From an uncultured Verrucomicrobiae bacterium (GTDB lineage Bacteria; Verrucomicrobiota; Verrucomicrobiia; Limisphaerales; Palsa-1400), in the NCBI GenBank assembly GCA_963707025.1, contig CAVPOM010000003.1:128001-192000 (forward strand): a DNA stretch of 64,000 nt. The letters are read 5' to 3'. Under the pieces are notes generated by a model, which saw nothing but the letters and a program-made list of their open reading frames with translations, made no database searches and was not told the origin of the DNA. Below, in pieces: positions 40,069 to 51,020 of the stretch. A program made the translations under genes and the position numbers. Numbering within the stretch: position 1 is the first letter of the stretch; every line of letters begins with the position of its first letter.

Positions 40069-43000
40069 CTACAACACGGCCGCGCGTTGTTCCCCCGCCC
40101 GCCGGCCCAGGTTGCCGTAGCGATGGTAATCAATGCTCAGGCTCTGCTCTTGCAGATACCAGAGCAACTCGGCCCGGCCTTCCGTCAGCACCGGGCGGCC
40201 CGCCACACAAACACCGCTTTGCCCGGCTGCTTCCAACACGGCCGCCGGCACCCGCTCCGTGGCGGCGTAGCGCACGCGCTCGGTCTGGCGCTGACGCATC
40301 ACCTCCGCCAACTCCTCGTCCGTCTCCTCGACAAACTCGATGGCCCCCGCCCAGGATTCGGTAATCTCCTCCAGCAATTTCAGCGCGGGCGGCGCGAAAT
40401 CCGGCGGCGCGCTGACCGTCACCCGGCTGCCGGCCACCTGCGCCGCGCAAACGCGCGCAAACAGATCGAAGGGAGAATCGTCCGCATGCACCCGCACCCG
40501 CACCTCACGGAACGGCCGGTACCGGCGGAAGTTGTCCTGGCCGACCAACAGGAAATGATCGTGCTCCTGGCCGAACTCCTCCAGAAAACTGCGTTCATAA
40601 CTCACTGCGGCCGCCGCAATGCGGTCCGCCAGGCCGGCGCCCACGGGACCCACTTCGCCCGCGCGCCTGGCCAGCCCTTCGCACAATCCGGCCAGCCCGG
40701 CATTTTGCGGCGCGCGCACCGGCTTGGCCGCCGCCGCGTCTGCCATCTCCATGAATTGCGCCGCGTAATTCGGACCGCCCGCCTTCAGGCCGGGGCCGAA
40801 ACTGGACTTGCCGCTCCCGCCAAAGGGCTGGCGCAGCACCACCGCGCCGGTGGTGCCCCGGTTAATGTAGAGATTGCCCGCCCGCACGTGCTCCTTCCAA
40901 TAGTCCCATTCCCGTTCATCCAGGCTTTCCAGGCCCGAGGTCAGTCCGTAGCCGGTTTGATTGACCAGGGCGACGCCTTCGCTCAGTTTGTCAAAACGCA
41001 TCACGGCCAGGAGCGGTCCGAAAAATTCCGTCAGGTGCGTGTAACTGCCGGGTTGCACGCCGTATTTGACTCCGGGCGACCAGAGCCGGGGATTGCCCCC
41101 GGCATTCTGCGGCATCACCGCCCATTCCTCCCCTGGCTCCAGCACCTTGAGCGCGTTTTCCAAATCGCCCGTCGGCGGGCGGATGAGCGGCCCCATCTTC
41201 GTCTCCAGTTTCCAAGCCGAACCGACCGGGATGCTTTGCACCGCCTCGCACAGCGTGCGCCGAAAAGCCGGGTCCCGGTACACTTCCGCTTCCAGCAGCA
41301 ACAACGACGTGGCCGAACATTTCTGCCCGGCATGGCTGAAGGCCGAATGCAAAATATGTTTGATGGCCTGGTCGCGGTCGGCCAGCGCCGTCACTATGGT
41401 CGCGTTCTTCCCGCCCGTTTCCGCGAACAGGTTCAGACGCGGATTGTCCCGCAACATCCCGCGCGCCGTCTCCGTCCCGCCCGTGAGAATCACGGCCTTG
41501 ACCCTGGCATGATTGACCAGGTTCCGGCCTGCGCCGCCGCCGGGGCACGCCACCAATTGCAGCGCCTTCTTTGACACCCCCGCCCGCCAGAAGCATTGGC
41601 ACAGCTCCCAGGCGCTGAGCACCGCGGCGGAGGCCGGCTTGAGAATGACCGTGTTGCCGGCGGCCAGCGCCGCCGCCAGGCCGCCGCACGGAATGGCGAT
41701 CGGAAAATTCCACGGCGCCACCACCACCACCACTCCGGCCCCGCGCGTTTTCAGCGTCGGCATTTCCCCCCACCACCGCGCCGTGCTCCGATAAAACTCC
41801 AGAAAATCCACCGCCTCCGACACTTCGGGGTCGGACTCCAGAAAGGTTTTGCCGCCCTCGGCCAGGGCGGCGCCCATCAGATCGCCCCGCGCCGCCCGCA
41901 ACTCCTGCGCGACCCGGCCCAGTATGGCAAACCGTTCCTCCACCGGCGCGCGGCCCCAGCCGTCCGGGTCCGCCGCCGCGCACTCCACGGCGCGGGCTAT
42001 GTCCTCCTCGGACGCCTGCCGGCAGCGGCCCACCACCACGCCGGGCCGGGACGGGTCGGCACAATCCAGCACCGCGCCCCCTTCAAAAATTTCGCTGCCC
42101 TCAATCACCAGCGGAATTTGCGCCGCCCTGGCATCACAGCGCGGCTCCCATTTGGCCAGCAGCCCCTGAGCCCACTCCCCGTTTTGCCCAAGGGCAAAAT
42201 CCGTGTCCGGCTCATTGACCAGATTCTGCCAGCCGTGGGCGATGGCGGCGGGCGCGGCCGGCGGCCGGCGGCGGTCCTGCGTGCGGCGGGGCGCGTCGCT
42301 GGTCGTGGCCATGGCCGCGAAGGACTCCAGGAAACCTTGTTCGAGCTTTTGCCACTCGGGATTGCCCACGCTGATCTTGAAGGCGTGGCGCAGAAAATTC
42401 TCCGGCCCGGTGTTTTCGTCCAGGCGGCGGATGAGGTAGCCGATGGCGTTGATGAAGTTTTCCTTTTTGCAGGCCGGCGCGTAGAGCAGCAGGTGCCGGC
42501 TCAATTCAAACAGCGCGCGGCGCTGGTTGTTGGCCATGCCCTCCAGCATCTCGAATTGCACCTGCTCAAACGCCTTCCGTTCGTGCGCCAGCACCAGGCC
42601 GTAAGCCAGGTCGAACAGATTGTGCGACGCGATCCCCACGTCCATCGCGGCCAGGTTTTCCGGCTTCATCGTTTCATGCACCATGCGCTTGTAGTTGGCA
42701 TCGGTTTCCCGTTTGGACCGGTAGGGCGCCTGCGGCCATCCCCGTACCGACGACTCGGCGCGTTCGCTTTCCAGGTTGGCCCCCTTGACCAGGCGGATGG
42801 TGACGCGCCCGCCGCCCGCCTCCGCCCGCCGGCGCGCCCATTGCTGAATTCGCAGCAGGGTCTGGAAGGAATCCGGGATGTAGCTTTGCAGCGCGATGCC
42901 CGCCCGCGCCTGCTCCAGCCCCGGGCGTTCCAGGGCGCGCATGAAGGCCTCCGCCGTCAGTTCCTTGTCGCGATATTCTTCCATGTCCAGATAGACGAAC

Positions 43001-43724
43001 TTGGGCGCCACCTGGCCGTCCGGCCGGGTAAACTGCATCCGCGCCGCAGTGCGCACCAGCCGGTCAATCCGGTCGCACAGCACGGCCACCGTGTGCTCCC
43101 GGGCCAGCGGGGAAATCTGCGAATAAAGCGTCGAAATCTTGATGGACACCACCTCGATTTCCGGCCACTGCAAGCCTTGCAAGTATTGCTGCAGACGCCG
43201 TTCGGCTTCCGCTTCGCTTAGAATGGCTTCCCCGAGGAAATTCACGTTCATGCGAACCCCTTCCCGCTTCCGTTCCCGCAAATGCCCGGTCAGCATTTCC
43301 CGCTCGCCGGGCAGAATCACGTTGGCCGTCTCTTTCTGCATCTGCCCTTTGACCAGGGGCAGCGCCACCCCGGGGGCGTAACCGCCGAAGGACTGGAATC
43401 CCTTCATCAGCGTCCGGTCCATCGCGCTGAAGAATCGCGGCACCCCTTGCACGTCCAGGATGTGAACCAGATGCTCCACGGCCCGGGCGGGTCCTGCGTG
43501 CGAAAGGCCTGGTCGGTCATCTGCGCCAGCGTCGCCTTGTCTGAGGGCGTTTGCAGCATCCGGTCCAACTCGGCCTGTTGCCGCCGCTCCGCCCCGCTCT
43601 GCAATTGCCCGGCCCGTTCCTGCAGCCGGCGCGCCAGGAAGATCGCCTTCTGCGCGGAAGGCGAACTGGAGGATTTCGGGTCGGGGCTGAAGTTCTGGAA
43701 CAAAGAATCCAACTGGTCCTTCAT
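40069..43724 (-). CDS. putA: Bifunctional proline dehydrogenase / P5C (glutamate-semialdehyde) dehydrogenase; one apparent frameshift near 43488
   Basis: N-terminus in ORF 43407-43724 (...MTDQAFR); adding one G gives DPARAVEH and joins ORF 40069-43983. PRODH motifs LDMEE, RLVKGAN, YLIRRLDEN; ALDH motifs PWNFP, ETGGKN, GQKCSATS, EFFGP, QPFGG. Confidence 0.93.
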
Positions 43725-43769
43725 AATGCGCGGCTTGGGGTGGGAGGTTGGGCCGGACGGCGCCGCGCC

Positions 43770-46181
43770 CTAAAAGCTTTCGTGTTCGGTCCGGGCGATG
43801 ATTTCTTCCTGCAATTCGGTCGAGAGATCGCAAAAGTAATCGCTGTAGCCCGCCACGCGAATAATCAAATCGCGATGCTGCTCCGGGTGTTGTTGCGCCT
43901 GGCGCAGTTGCTCGGCCCGCACCACGTTGAATTGCACATGGTGGCCGTCCATCTTGAAATAGCTGCGCACCAGGTGGGCCCATTGCTCCAGGCCTTCTTC
44001 GGCGGCGACCAGCCCCGGCGTCAATTTCATGTTCAACAACGTGCCGCCCGCTTTGAGATGATCCATCTTGGCCGCGCTCTTGAAGACGGCGGTCGGCCCG
44101 TGCCGGTCGGCCCCCTGCGCCGGCGAAATGCCTTCCGAGAGCGGCCGGCGCGCCCGGCGGCCATCGGGCGTCGCCCCGATCATGCTCCCGAAATAGACAT
44201 GGCAGGTCGTCGGCAGCATCTCGATCCGGTAATGGCCTCCCTTGGTATTGGGCCGCCCGTCCAGTTCTGCAAAGCAGGTGTTGAAAATCTCCACCGTGAT
44301 GTCATCGGCCGCGTCATCGTCGTTGCCGTATTTGTGGGTGCGGTTGAGCAGGCGCTGGCGCAGCACCTCCTGCTCCGCGAAATCCGCGTCCAGGATCGCC
44401 GCCATTTCACCCAGCCCCAGCCGTTTGCCGGCCGGGGCGCCCTTTGCCTTCCGCCCCGCCGCCCCCTGGCCGTTGCGATTGTCAAAACAAAATTGTCGCA
44501 GCGCGCTGAAGCTGTCCGTCAGGCTCCCCAGCCCCACGAACTGCACGTAGGAGTTGTTGTAACGCGCCCCGCCCGCGTTGTAGTCCAGCCCGCGCTGGAC
44601 GCAATCGTCGGTCAGCACGCTCAGGAAGGGCGCCGGCATCAGTTGGGCGAACATCCGCTCGATCAACTGGTTGCCGCGCACCTTGATCTCCAGGAAATGG
44701 CGCAATTGCCGCCGCCAGGCCGCAAAGAGCGCGGGGTAGGTTTGGAACGTGTCCGGCTCTCCGGTGCGCAGCCCGATCTGCCGGCCCGTCATCGGATCCA
44801 CCCCGTTGTGCAGGGTGATCTCCAGCACTTTGACCAGGTTAAAATAGCCGGTCAGGATGTAGGCCTCCTTGCCAAACGCGCCCACCTCCACGCACCCGCT
44901 GCAGCCCCCGGCCCGCGCGTCTTCCAGCGTCTTGCCCTGGCGAAGCTGCTCCAGCACCACCGCGTCTGCATTAAAAATGGAGGGAAAACCATACCCATGC
45001 CGGATCACCCGCAAGGCATGCGTGAGAAAGGCCTCCGGGCTTTTTCGCGAAAGCTGCAGATTGCTGCTCGGTTGCAGCAGGTGCATCTCCTCCACGATGT
45101 CCAGCAGGATGTGCGACACCTCATTGGAGCCTTCCGAGCCGTCCGCCAGCAGACCGCCCAAATTCAGGTTGGCAAAGTCGGTGTAAGTCCCGCTTTCCGC
45201 CAGCGTCACCCCCACCTTGGGCGGCGCCGGATGGTTGTTGAACTTGATGAAAAAGCACTCCAGCAACTCCCGCGCCTTCTCCCGGCTCAACGTGCCCTCC
45301 GCCAGCCCTTTCTCGTAAAAGGGCAGCAGGTGCTGGTCCAGATGCCCGGGGCTGAACGAATCCCACCCGTTCAACTCCGTGATCACCGCCAGGTGGCAGA
45401 ACCAGTAATATTGCAGCGCCTCCTGGAAATCCCGTGGCGCCTGCGCCGGCACCCGCCCGCAAACCTCCGCGATCTTCTCCAACTCCGCCCGCCGCGCCGC
45501 CTTCTTTTCCGCCGCCGCCATTTCCCGCGCCAGCGCGCCGTGCCGCTCCGCCAGCCGCAGGACCGCGTCGCAGGCGATGTCAAACGACCTCAGCGCCTCG
45601 CGCTTGTTGTAGGCGTCGGCGTCCTGCAGGAAATCCAGCCCGGCCATCGCCCCGGCAATGTCCCGTTTGAAATCCAGCATTCCCTTCCCGTAAATCTTTC
45701 CGTCCAGCACCGTGTGCCCCGGCGCGCGCTGCTCCATAAACTCGGTGAACAGGCCGGCCTGGTAAGCCTCGTGCCATTCCGCCGGCAATTGCGCGAACAT
45801 CTTCTCCCGCATCGAGCGGCCCCGCCAGTAGGGGATGACCTTCTCTGCATAGACCCGCCGCGTTTCCGGCGTCACCTCGTAATGCGTCTTGGCCCGCGAG
45901 TTCAAAATCTCCAGGTCCTCCACGCTGTGGCAGGTCAGCTCCGGAAACGTCGGCGTCTGTTTCGGGCCCGGCCCGCGCTCGCCCACGATCAGTTCGCCTT
46001 CCCCGAGGTAAAGGGCCTTGTGCTCGCACAGATGCAGAAACGATTTCGCCCGCATCACCGGCGCCGAGTGCCGCCCCTCGTTGGCCTGATAAAATTCCGT
46101 CATCAGCACCGCCCGCTCGGGCGAGATCGAAGGGCGCGCGGCCAGGCTTTCCTGCCGCAGTTTCTCAGTGCGTGGCGTCAT
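43770..46181 (-). CDS. hypD: trans-4-hydroxy-L-proline dehydratase (glycyl radical enzyme)
   Basis: FTEFMEQRAPGH, WDSF, PAPPKVG..LAESGTYTDF, SGCVE (catalytic Cys), LTGY, MLPTTCH, RVAGYS (radical Gly). This is the motif set I recognise from characterised HypD. Confidence 0.93.
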   Translation of the reverse strand: MTPRTEKLRQESLAARPSISPERAVLMTEFYQANEGRHSAPVMRAKSFLHLCEHKALYLGEGELIVGERGPGPKQTPTFPELTCHSVEDLEILNSRAKTHYEVTPETRRVYAEKVIPYWRGRSMREKMFAQLPAEWHEAYQAGLFTEFMEQRAPGHTVLDGKIYGKGMLDFKRDIAGAMAGLDFLQDADAYNKREALRSFDIACDAVLRLAERHGALAREMAAAEKKAARRAELEKIAEVCGRVPAQAPRDFQEALQYYWFCHLAVITELNGWDSFSPGHLDQHLLPFYEKGLAEGTLSREKARELLECFFIKFNNHPAPPKVGVTLAESGTYTDFANLNLGGLLADGSEGSNEVSHILLDIVEEMHLLQPSSNLQLSRKSPEAFLTHALRVIRHGYGFPSIFNADAVVLEQLRQGKTLEDARAGGCSGCVEVGAFGKEAYILTGYFNLVKVLEITLHNGVDPMTGRQIGLRTGEPDTFQTYPALFAAWRRQLRHFLEIKVRGNQLIERMFAQLMPAPFLSVLTDDCVQRGLDYNAGGARYNNSYVQFVGLGSLTDSFSALRQFCFDNRNGQGAAGRKAKGAPAGKRLGLGEMAAILDADFAEQEVLRQRLLNRTHKYGNDDDAADDITVEIFNTCFAELDGRPNTKGGHYRIEMLPTTCHVYFGSMIGATPDGRRARRPLSEGISPAQGADRHGPTAVFKSAAKMDHLKAGGTLLNMKLTPGLVAAEEGLEQWAHLVRSYFKMDGHHVQFNVVRAEQLRQAQQHPEQHRDLIIRVAGYSDYFCDLSTELQEEIIARTEHESF

Positions 46182-46205
46182 GGGCTTTCACGATGACACG
46201 CGCGG

Positions 46206-47120
46206 TCAGCCGCCTATCTTCACCTCGAAGCCGCGCTGGCGGAATATTCCCGCGGCGCGCTCCATCCCCTCCGGGGAAGGCGGTTCCACGCTTGCCAACG
46301 CATAAGCATGGCTCATCTGGCGCGACTTGAAAAGCCCAAATTTGTGATAGGGCAAAAGATTCACCCGCCTCACCCCGGGCAATCCCGCGGCGAACCCTGC
46401 CGCCGCCTCCCAATCCTGGTCCCCGTCATTGATCCCGGGAATCACCGGCACCCGCAGCCAGATGTTCCCGTGGGCACGGGCCAGGGCGCGCAAGTTGGCC
46501 AGAATCGGCCCGTTGGAGACACCCGTGTACTGCCGGTGCCGCGCCTCGTCCATCAGCTTCAGATCATACAAAACCAGGTCGGTCATCCCGGCCACCTCCA
46601 GCAAAACGTCCGTGCAGGCGAATCCGCAGGTGTCCAGCGCCGTCCTCAGACCCTCCCGCCGGCAAGCCGCCAGCAGCCCCTTGAGAAAAACCGGCTGCGC
46701 CAGCGGTTCCCCGCCCGAAAAGGTCACGCCCCCGCCCGATTCCTCGTAAAAAACCCGGTCCTGCCGCACCGCTTCCATGATCTCCCCAATCGTCCTGCGT
46801 TCCCCTATCATCTGACGCGCCCCGGTCGGGCAGGCCTCGGCGCACTGCCCGCAAACCAGGCATTCGGCCGCGTCGGTTGGCATGGCCCCTTGGCCGGCCA
46901 CCACCTCCCCGAACGGGCACGCCCGGCGGCACTCGCCGCAGGCCGTGCAGCGCTTTTCAGCCACCACCAGCTCCGGCCGGGCCGACTGGCTTTCGGGATT
47001 ATGACACCAGGCGCAGCACAGCGGGCATCCCTTCAAGAAAACCGTCGTGCGAATTCCCGGCCCGTCGTGCAGGCAGTACTTCTGCACATTGAAAACCAGT
47101 CCCGACTCATTCATGCGCAT
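46206..47120 (-). CDS. Glycyl-radical enzyme activating protein (radical SAM with ferredoxin insert)
   Basis: HDGPGIRTTVFLKGCPLCCAWCHNPES, two CxxCxxCxxxCP motifs, GGVTFSGGEP, LLPYH. Confidence 0.96.
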   Translation of the reverse strand: MRMNESGLVFNVQKYCLHDGPGIRTTVFLKGCPLCCAWCHNPESQSARPELVVAEKRCTACGECRRACPFGEVVAGQGAMPTDAAECLVCGQCAEACPTGARQMIGERRTIGEIMEAVRQDRVFYEESGGGVTFSGGEPLAQPVFLKGLLAACRREGLRTALDTCGFACTDVLLEVAGMTDLVLYDLKLMDEARHRQYTGVSNGPILANLRALARAHGNIWLRVPVIPGINDGDQDWEAAAGFAAGLPGVRRVNLLPYHKFGLFKSRQMSHAYALASVEPPSPEGMERAAGIFRQRGFEVKIGG

Positions 47121-47226
47121 CTTATTTGCCGCCACATCCCCCATCATAACCCCCGCCCCAGAATGAGCAACCCCTGTCCACTCTTCCGGGAAGCGCATGG
47201 GTCCAGTTCAGATTTTTGGGTTCCCC

Positions 47227-47310
47227 TCTTAATCTTGCTCCTAATCTTAATCTTAATCGCATCGCCCTCCCGCATTCGGATTAAGAGCAAGATTAAGATT
47301 ACGATTAAGA
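47227..47310. repeat. Inverted pair of AATCTT-hexamer arrays (hairpin)
   Basis: TCTTAATCTTGCTCCTAATCTTAATCTTAATC facing GATTAAGAGCAAGATTAAGATTACGATTAAGA. Confidence 0.8.
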
Positions 47311-47885
47311 AAGAGGACCCAAACATGTGAAATGAACCCGGGAGCGCATGGGTGGAATCCCGATCCAATCGGGACCCGTCCCGCCGGGCCACTGGCCCGG
47401 CGGCAGATAGCGGACTGCCATTCTGTAAGAAAACCGCGTCCGGTGAAATTCCCTCCCCCCACGAAGTGTGGAGAGGGTTAGCCGAGGCACCATTTCGCGC
47501 AGGGCGTGAGCGAACCATAATTGAAAAACCCGCTTGTCCTGATTCCTCATACGTCATCCCGGCCTTGATTATCAAGGCTTTACATCGTTTTGCCTCATCC
47601 CGAATCATCCCGAATCTACCCGAAAAATGGCAAACAGTATTAGATTCCAGTATCAGATTTCCCCAAAACCATGCGCCTCGGCCCGGTCTGTGTTCCCGTC
47701 TCGCCTGTCCCGCCGTAGCTTTGGCGAACGCGGATCACTCGGCTTCCTGAAACCAGGAAGGGCCTAACGGGTTTTTCCATTGCCGGACGACCCAAACTGG
47801 CAGAACCTGCCGGCCTTGCACGACCCCGAGCTTCAGTCGAATTGGTTTGCAGATCGCGGCAAATCCCATATTATCAAAATCCGGT

Positions 47886-48842
47886 ATGATACTGGCCTCG
47901 ACATCCGCCATTGAAACGCCCGATAGGCCGGCTGCCGTCATTCGCCGGCGAAATGGCAAGCCGCCGTCGGTTTCCAGGCTCACCGAGAAGAAACTAATCC
48001 CCTTTGGCTGGTATGGGGGAAAATTCTCCCACCTCGCATGGCTTCTTCCGCTGCTCCCGCGATGCCACCATTATTGCGAGCCGTTTGCAGGTTCGGCTGC
48101 CGTGCTCCTTAACCGTTTGCCATCCCGCGTCGAAACCTACAATGATCTTGATGGCGAGGTATGTAATTTTTTCAAAATTCTCCGGGACCACAAATCGAAG
48201 TTGGTTGAGGCCATTGGTTTGACCCCTTTCTCCCGCGAGGAATTTGCTCTGGCCTGCGCTCTTGATCCCGAAGTTTCGGCACTCGAACGCGCCCGCCGTT
48301 TTTATATCCGTGCCCGACAAGTGCGCACGGGCCTCGCGCAAACCGCTACGGTTGGCCGCTGGGCCAATTGCAAAAATACCAGCCGCGCCGGCATGAGCGG
48401 CGTGATCAGCCGCTGGCTGGGCGGGGTTGAAATGCTGCCCGAAATCGCGGACCGCCTTCTGCGCGTGCAGATTGAGAACCGACCGGCCATTGACGTAATC
48501 AGGCTCTATGATTCCCCGGACACCCTCTTTTATTGCGATCCTCCCTATATCCACGAAACCAGAGGCGATTCAAAGGCATACGGTCACGAGATGACCGACC
48601 ACCAGCATTGCGAGTTGGCGAAAGTGCTTCACGCGGTCAAGGGCATGGTTGCGATTTCAAATTACCAATGTCCGCTGATGGACGGACTTTATCCCGCCCC
48701 CCGCTGGCACAAAATTGTCGGCCCGGCTCGCACCAATCACGCGACTAAGGGCACGCGAGTTGAGCTGCTTTGGGTCAATTACAAACCACAGAACAAACCC
48801 TTGAATGACCGAAACGGATACCTGTTTGAAGATTCTGAATGA
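47886..48842 (+). CDS. Dam-family (D12 class) DNA adenine methyltransferase
   Basis: WYGGK, YCEPFAGSAAV, YNDLD, FYCDPPY. Start uncertain. Confidence 0.93.
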   Translation: MILASTSAIETPDRPAAVIRRRNGKPPSVSRLTEKKLIPFGWYGGKFSHLAWLLPLLPRCHHYCEPFAGSAAVLLNRLPSRVETYNDLDGEVCNFFKILRDHKSKLVEAIGLTPFSREEFALACALDPEVSALERARRFYIRARQVRTGLAQTATVGRWANCKNTSRAGMSGVISRWLGGVEMLPEIADRLLRVQIENRPAIDVIRLYDSPDTLFYCDPPYIHETRGDSKAYGHEMTDHQHCELAKVLHAVKGMVAISNYQCPLMDGLYPAPRWHKIVGPARTNHATKGTRVELLWVNYKPQNKPLNDRNGYLFEDSE

Positions 48843-49842
48843 CGCTTATTCCCGAGCAGCTTCTCAGATCACCAAATCCTTCATAAACGACGCTGTCATC
48901 TTGCAGCGTGTTGAAATGGTCGCCCTGTGCCTCAGAAATAGGGCGGGCGTAAGGGCCTTGCTGGCTGGCGCCCTCGCCAAAGTGTACCAACCCAAACTCG
49001 ACATCCGCAAACCATACACGGACATCGCGGGCCGGGCGCGGAAAGGCTGTTTTTCGGGCCGCGCTTTTGATGAACACTACATCCAGACCCTAACTGCGAA
49101 GCCTTACAATTTGCCCATAAACGCGACGACCGCTTACCTGACTCCCGGATTTCGGACCAAGAACATCGTCCTTACGCCTGACGTGGAGCTGGAGGGCCGC
49201 CCACCGGAGATGTATAAAGCGGTGCTTCAGCTTTTCGATGACGTGCAGAAAAATCGGGTGTCGGCGCAGAATGTTCTCGATGAAGCGATGCGACTGCTCA
49301 TCATTGAGCGTGACAAGCGCGATTTGACTCTTCAGAACCTCCTCACCGACATCAAACGGACGACCGACAAAATGCCCCTCGCGGCAGAGGACATAATAAA
49401 TCTCATTAGCCAGCATTTGGCCTGCAAGAATTCCGCCCGACTGCCGGTTCTGGTGATCGCCGCCGCCTACAAGGTGGCCGCAGAGCGGCTGGGCGAGAGA
49501 ATTCTTCATCTACACTCGCACAACGCCGCCGACAAACAAACGGGGGCCGCTGGAGATATTGAAATCACCCTTTTGGGGGACGACAACGTCGTCACGGCTT
49601 ATGAAATGAAGATGAAACCTGTCGCCGTTGCCGACATCGACATTGCACTCGAAAAAATCAGGACCCACAAGGCCACAATACAGCACTATCTGTTCATCAC
49701 GACCGACAACGTTGACCAGGAGGTGCGTGAATACGCCGCAGCGCTTTACGACGAACTTGGCGGGTGAGCTGGACCCCTATTTTTAGACCACAGGTAAGTT
49801 TCGATTTTTGCCGGTTTGCTGTAGATAAGAAAGAGCAGACTT

Positions 49843-50133
49843 ATGAAAGCAAAACGGAAAAGACACAGTGCGGCCTTCAAGGCCAAAGTGGGATTCGAAG
49901 CCCTGGTGGGGCTGAAGACGGTCGCGCAATTGGCGCGAGAGTATGCGGTGCATCCGGCGCAGGTCACGCAGTGGCGGGCGACGATTCGGGATCACATGCC
50001 CGAATTGTTTGAGCCCGGGCAACCCCGCACGGAGGATCAGGAACAGTTGATTGCCCAACTGCATGAGAAGATTGGCCAACTGACGGTGGACTTGGACTGG
50101 CTTAAAAAAAAGTCCAGGCAACTGGGGCTTTAA
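49843..50133 (+). CDS. IS3 transposase OrfA (HTH)
   Basis: RKRHSAAFKAKV...VHPAQVTQW...LHEKIGQLTVDLDWLKKK; A8G slippery site at 50104-50112. Confidence 0.93.
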   Translation: MKAKRKRHSAAFKAKVGFEALVGLKTVAQLAREYAVHPAQVTQWRATIRDHMPELFEPGQPRTEDQEQLIAQLHEKIGQLTVDLDWLKKKSRQLGL

Positions 50134-51020
50134 CATGTTTAATCGCTCCCGATCCGCAGCTCAGCGTGCGGCGCCAGTGCGAGCTGCTGGCGGTGTGCCG
50201 TGGCAGTTATTATTACCAGTGCTGTCCGGAGACAGAGGAGAACCTGGCGCTGATGCGGCGGTTGGACCAGATGCATTTGGACCACCCGGTTTATGGCAGC
50301 CGCAAACTGACCGTGCTGTTGCGCCGGGAGGGTTTGACCATCAATCGCAAACGGGTGGTGCGGCTGCTGCGGTTGATGGGGATCGAGGCGATTTACGCCA
50401 AGCCCAAGACGAGTCTGCGGGAGATGGGGCACCAGATTTATCCGTATCTGTTACGCAATTTGGCAGTGACGGGACCGGATCAGGTTTGGTGTTCGGACAT
50501 TACGTATGTGCCTATGGCAACTGGGTTTATGTATTTGGTGGCGGTGATGGATTGGTGGAGTCGTTACGTGCTGGGATGGCGCTTGAGCAACACGTTGGAG
50601 GCGGACTTTTGTGTGGACGCTTGGGAGGCGGCGTTGCGGGCGGGGCGTCAGGCGCCGTTGATTTCCAATACCGACCAGGGATCGCAGTTCACCTCCCCGA
50701 TGTTTATCGATGCGGTGGAATCGGCGGGGGTGGACGTGAGCATGGACGGACGGGGTCGCTGGATGGACAACCGGTTTATCGAGCGGCTGTGGCGGAGCGC
50801 CAAGTATGAGGACATTTATTTGCAAGACTATGGCGACGGGTTGGCGGCAGGGCGCGGACTGGGCCGGTGGTTTGACGGCTACAACCGGGAACGACCGCAC
50901 CAGGCGTTGGGCTATGCGACGCCGGCGGACGCGTATTTTGATCCCGGCACGCATGGAGCCCAACCGGCCAAATGGGAAGCGATGCAACCTGCCAGAGGCA
51001 GGAGCGATCGCAGCACTTGA
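50106..51020 (+). CDS. IS3 transposase OrfB (DDE/rve), in the -1 frame relative to OrfA
   Basis: Frame open from the slippery site. YGSRK, WCSDITY, NTDQGSQFT, SMDGRG..DNRFIERLWRS.KYE, YNRERPHQAL. Confidence 0.95.
   Translation, partial: KKVQATGALTCLIAPDPQLSVRRQCELLAVCRGSYYYQCCPETEENLALMRRLDQMHLDHPVYGSRKLTVLLRREGLTINRKRVVRLLRLMGIEAIYAKPKTSLREMGHQIYPYLLRNLAVTGPDQVWCSDITYVPMATGFMYLVAVMDWWSRYVLGWRLSNTLEADFCVDAWEAALRAGRQAPLISNTDQGSQFTSPMFIDAVESAGVDVSMDGRGRWMDNRFIERLWRSAKYEDIYLQDYGDGLAAGRGLGRWFDGYNRERPHQALGYATPADAYFDPGTHGAQPAKWEAMQPARGRSDRST

Noticed and set aside
43770..46181. Pyruvate formate-lyase or choline TMA-lyase; bacterial microcompartment locus
   Set aside because: No adjacent Cys-Cys motif as in PFL, the motifs match HypD, and there are no shell genes in the window.
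47120..47850. Riboswitch or ncRNA upstream of the hypD operon
   Set aside because: Only repeat-derived hairpins are visible; no recognisable aptamer consensus.
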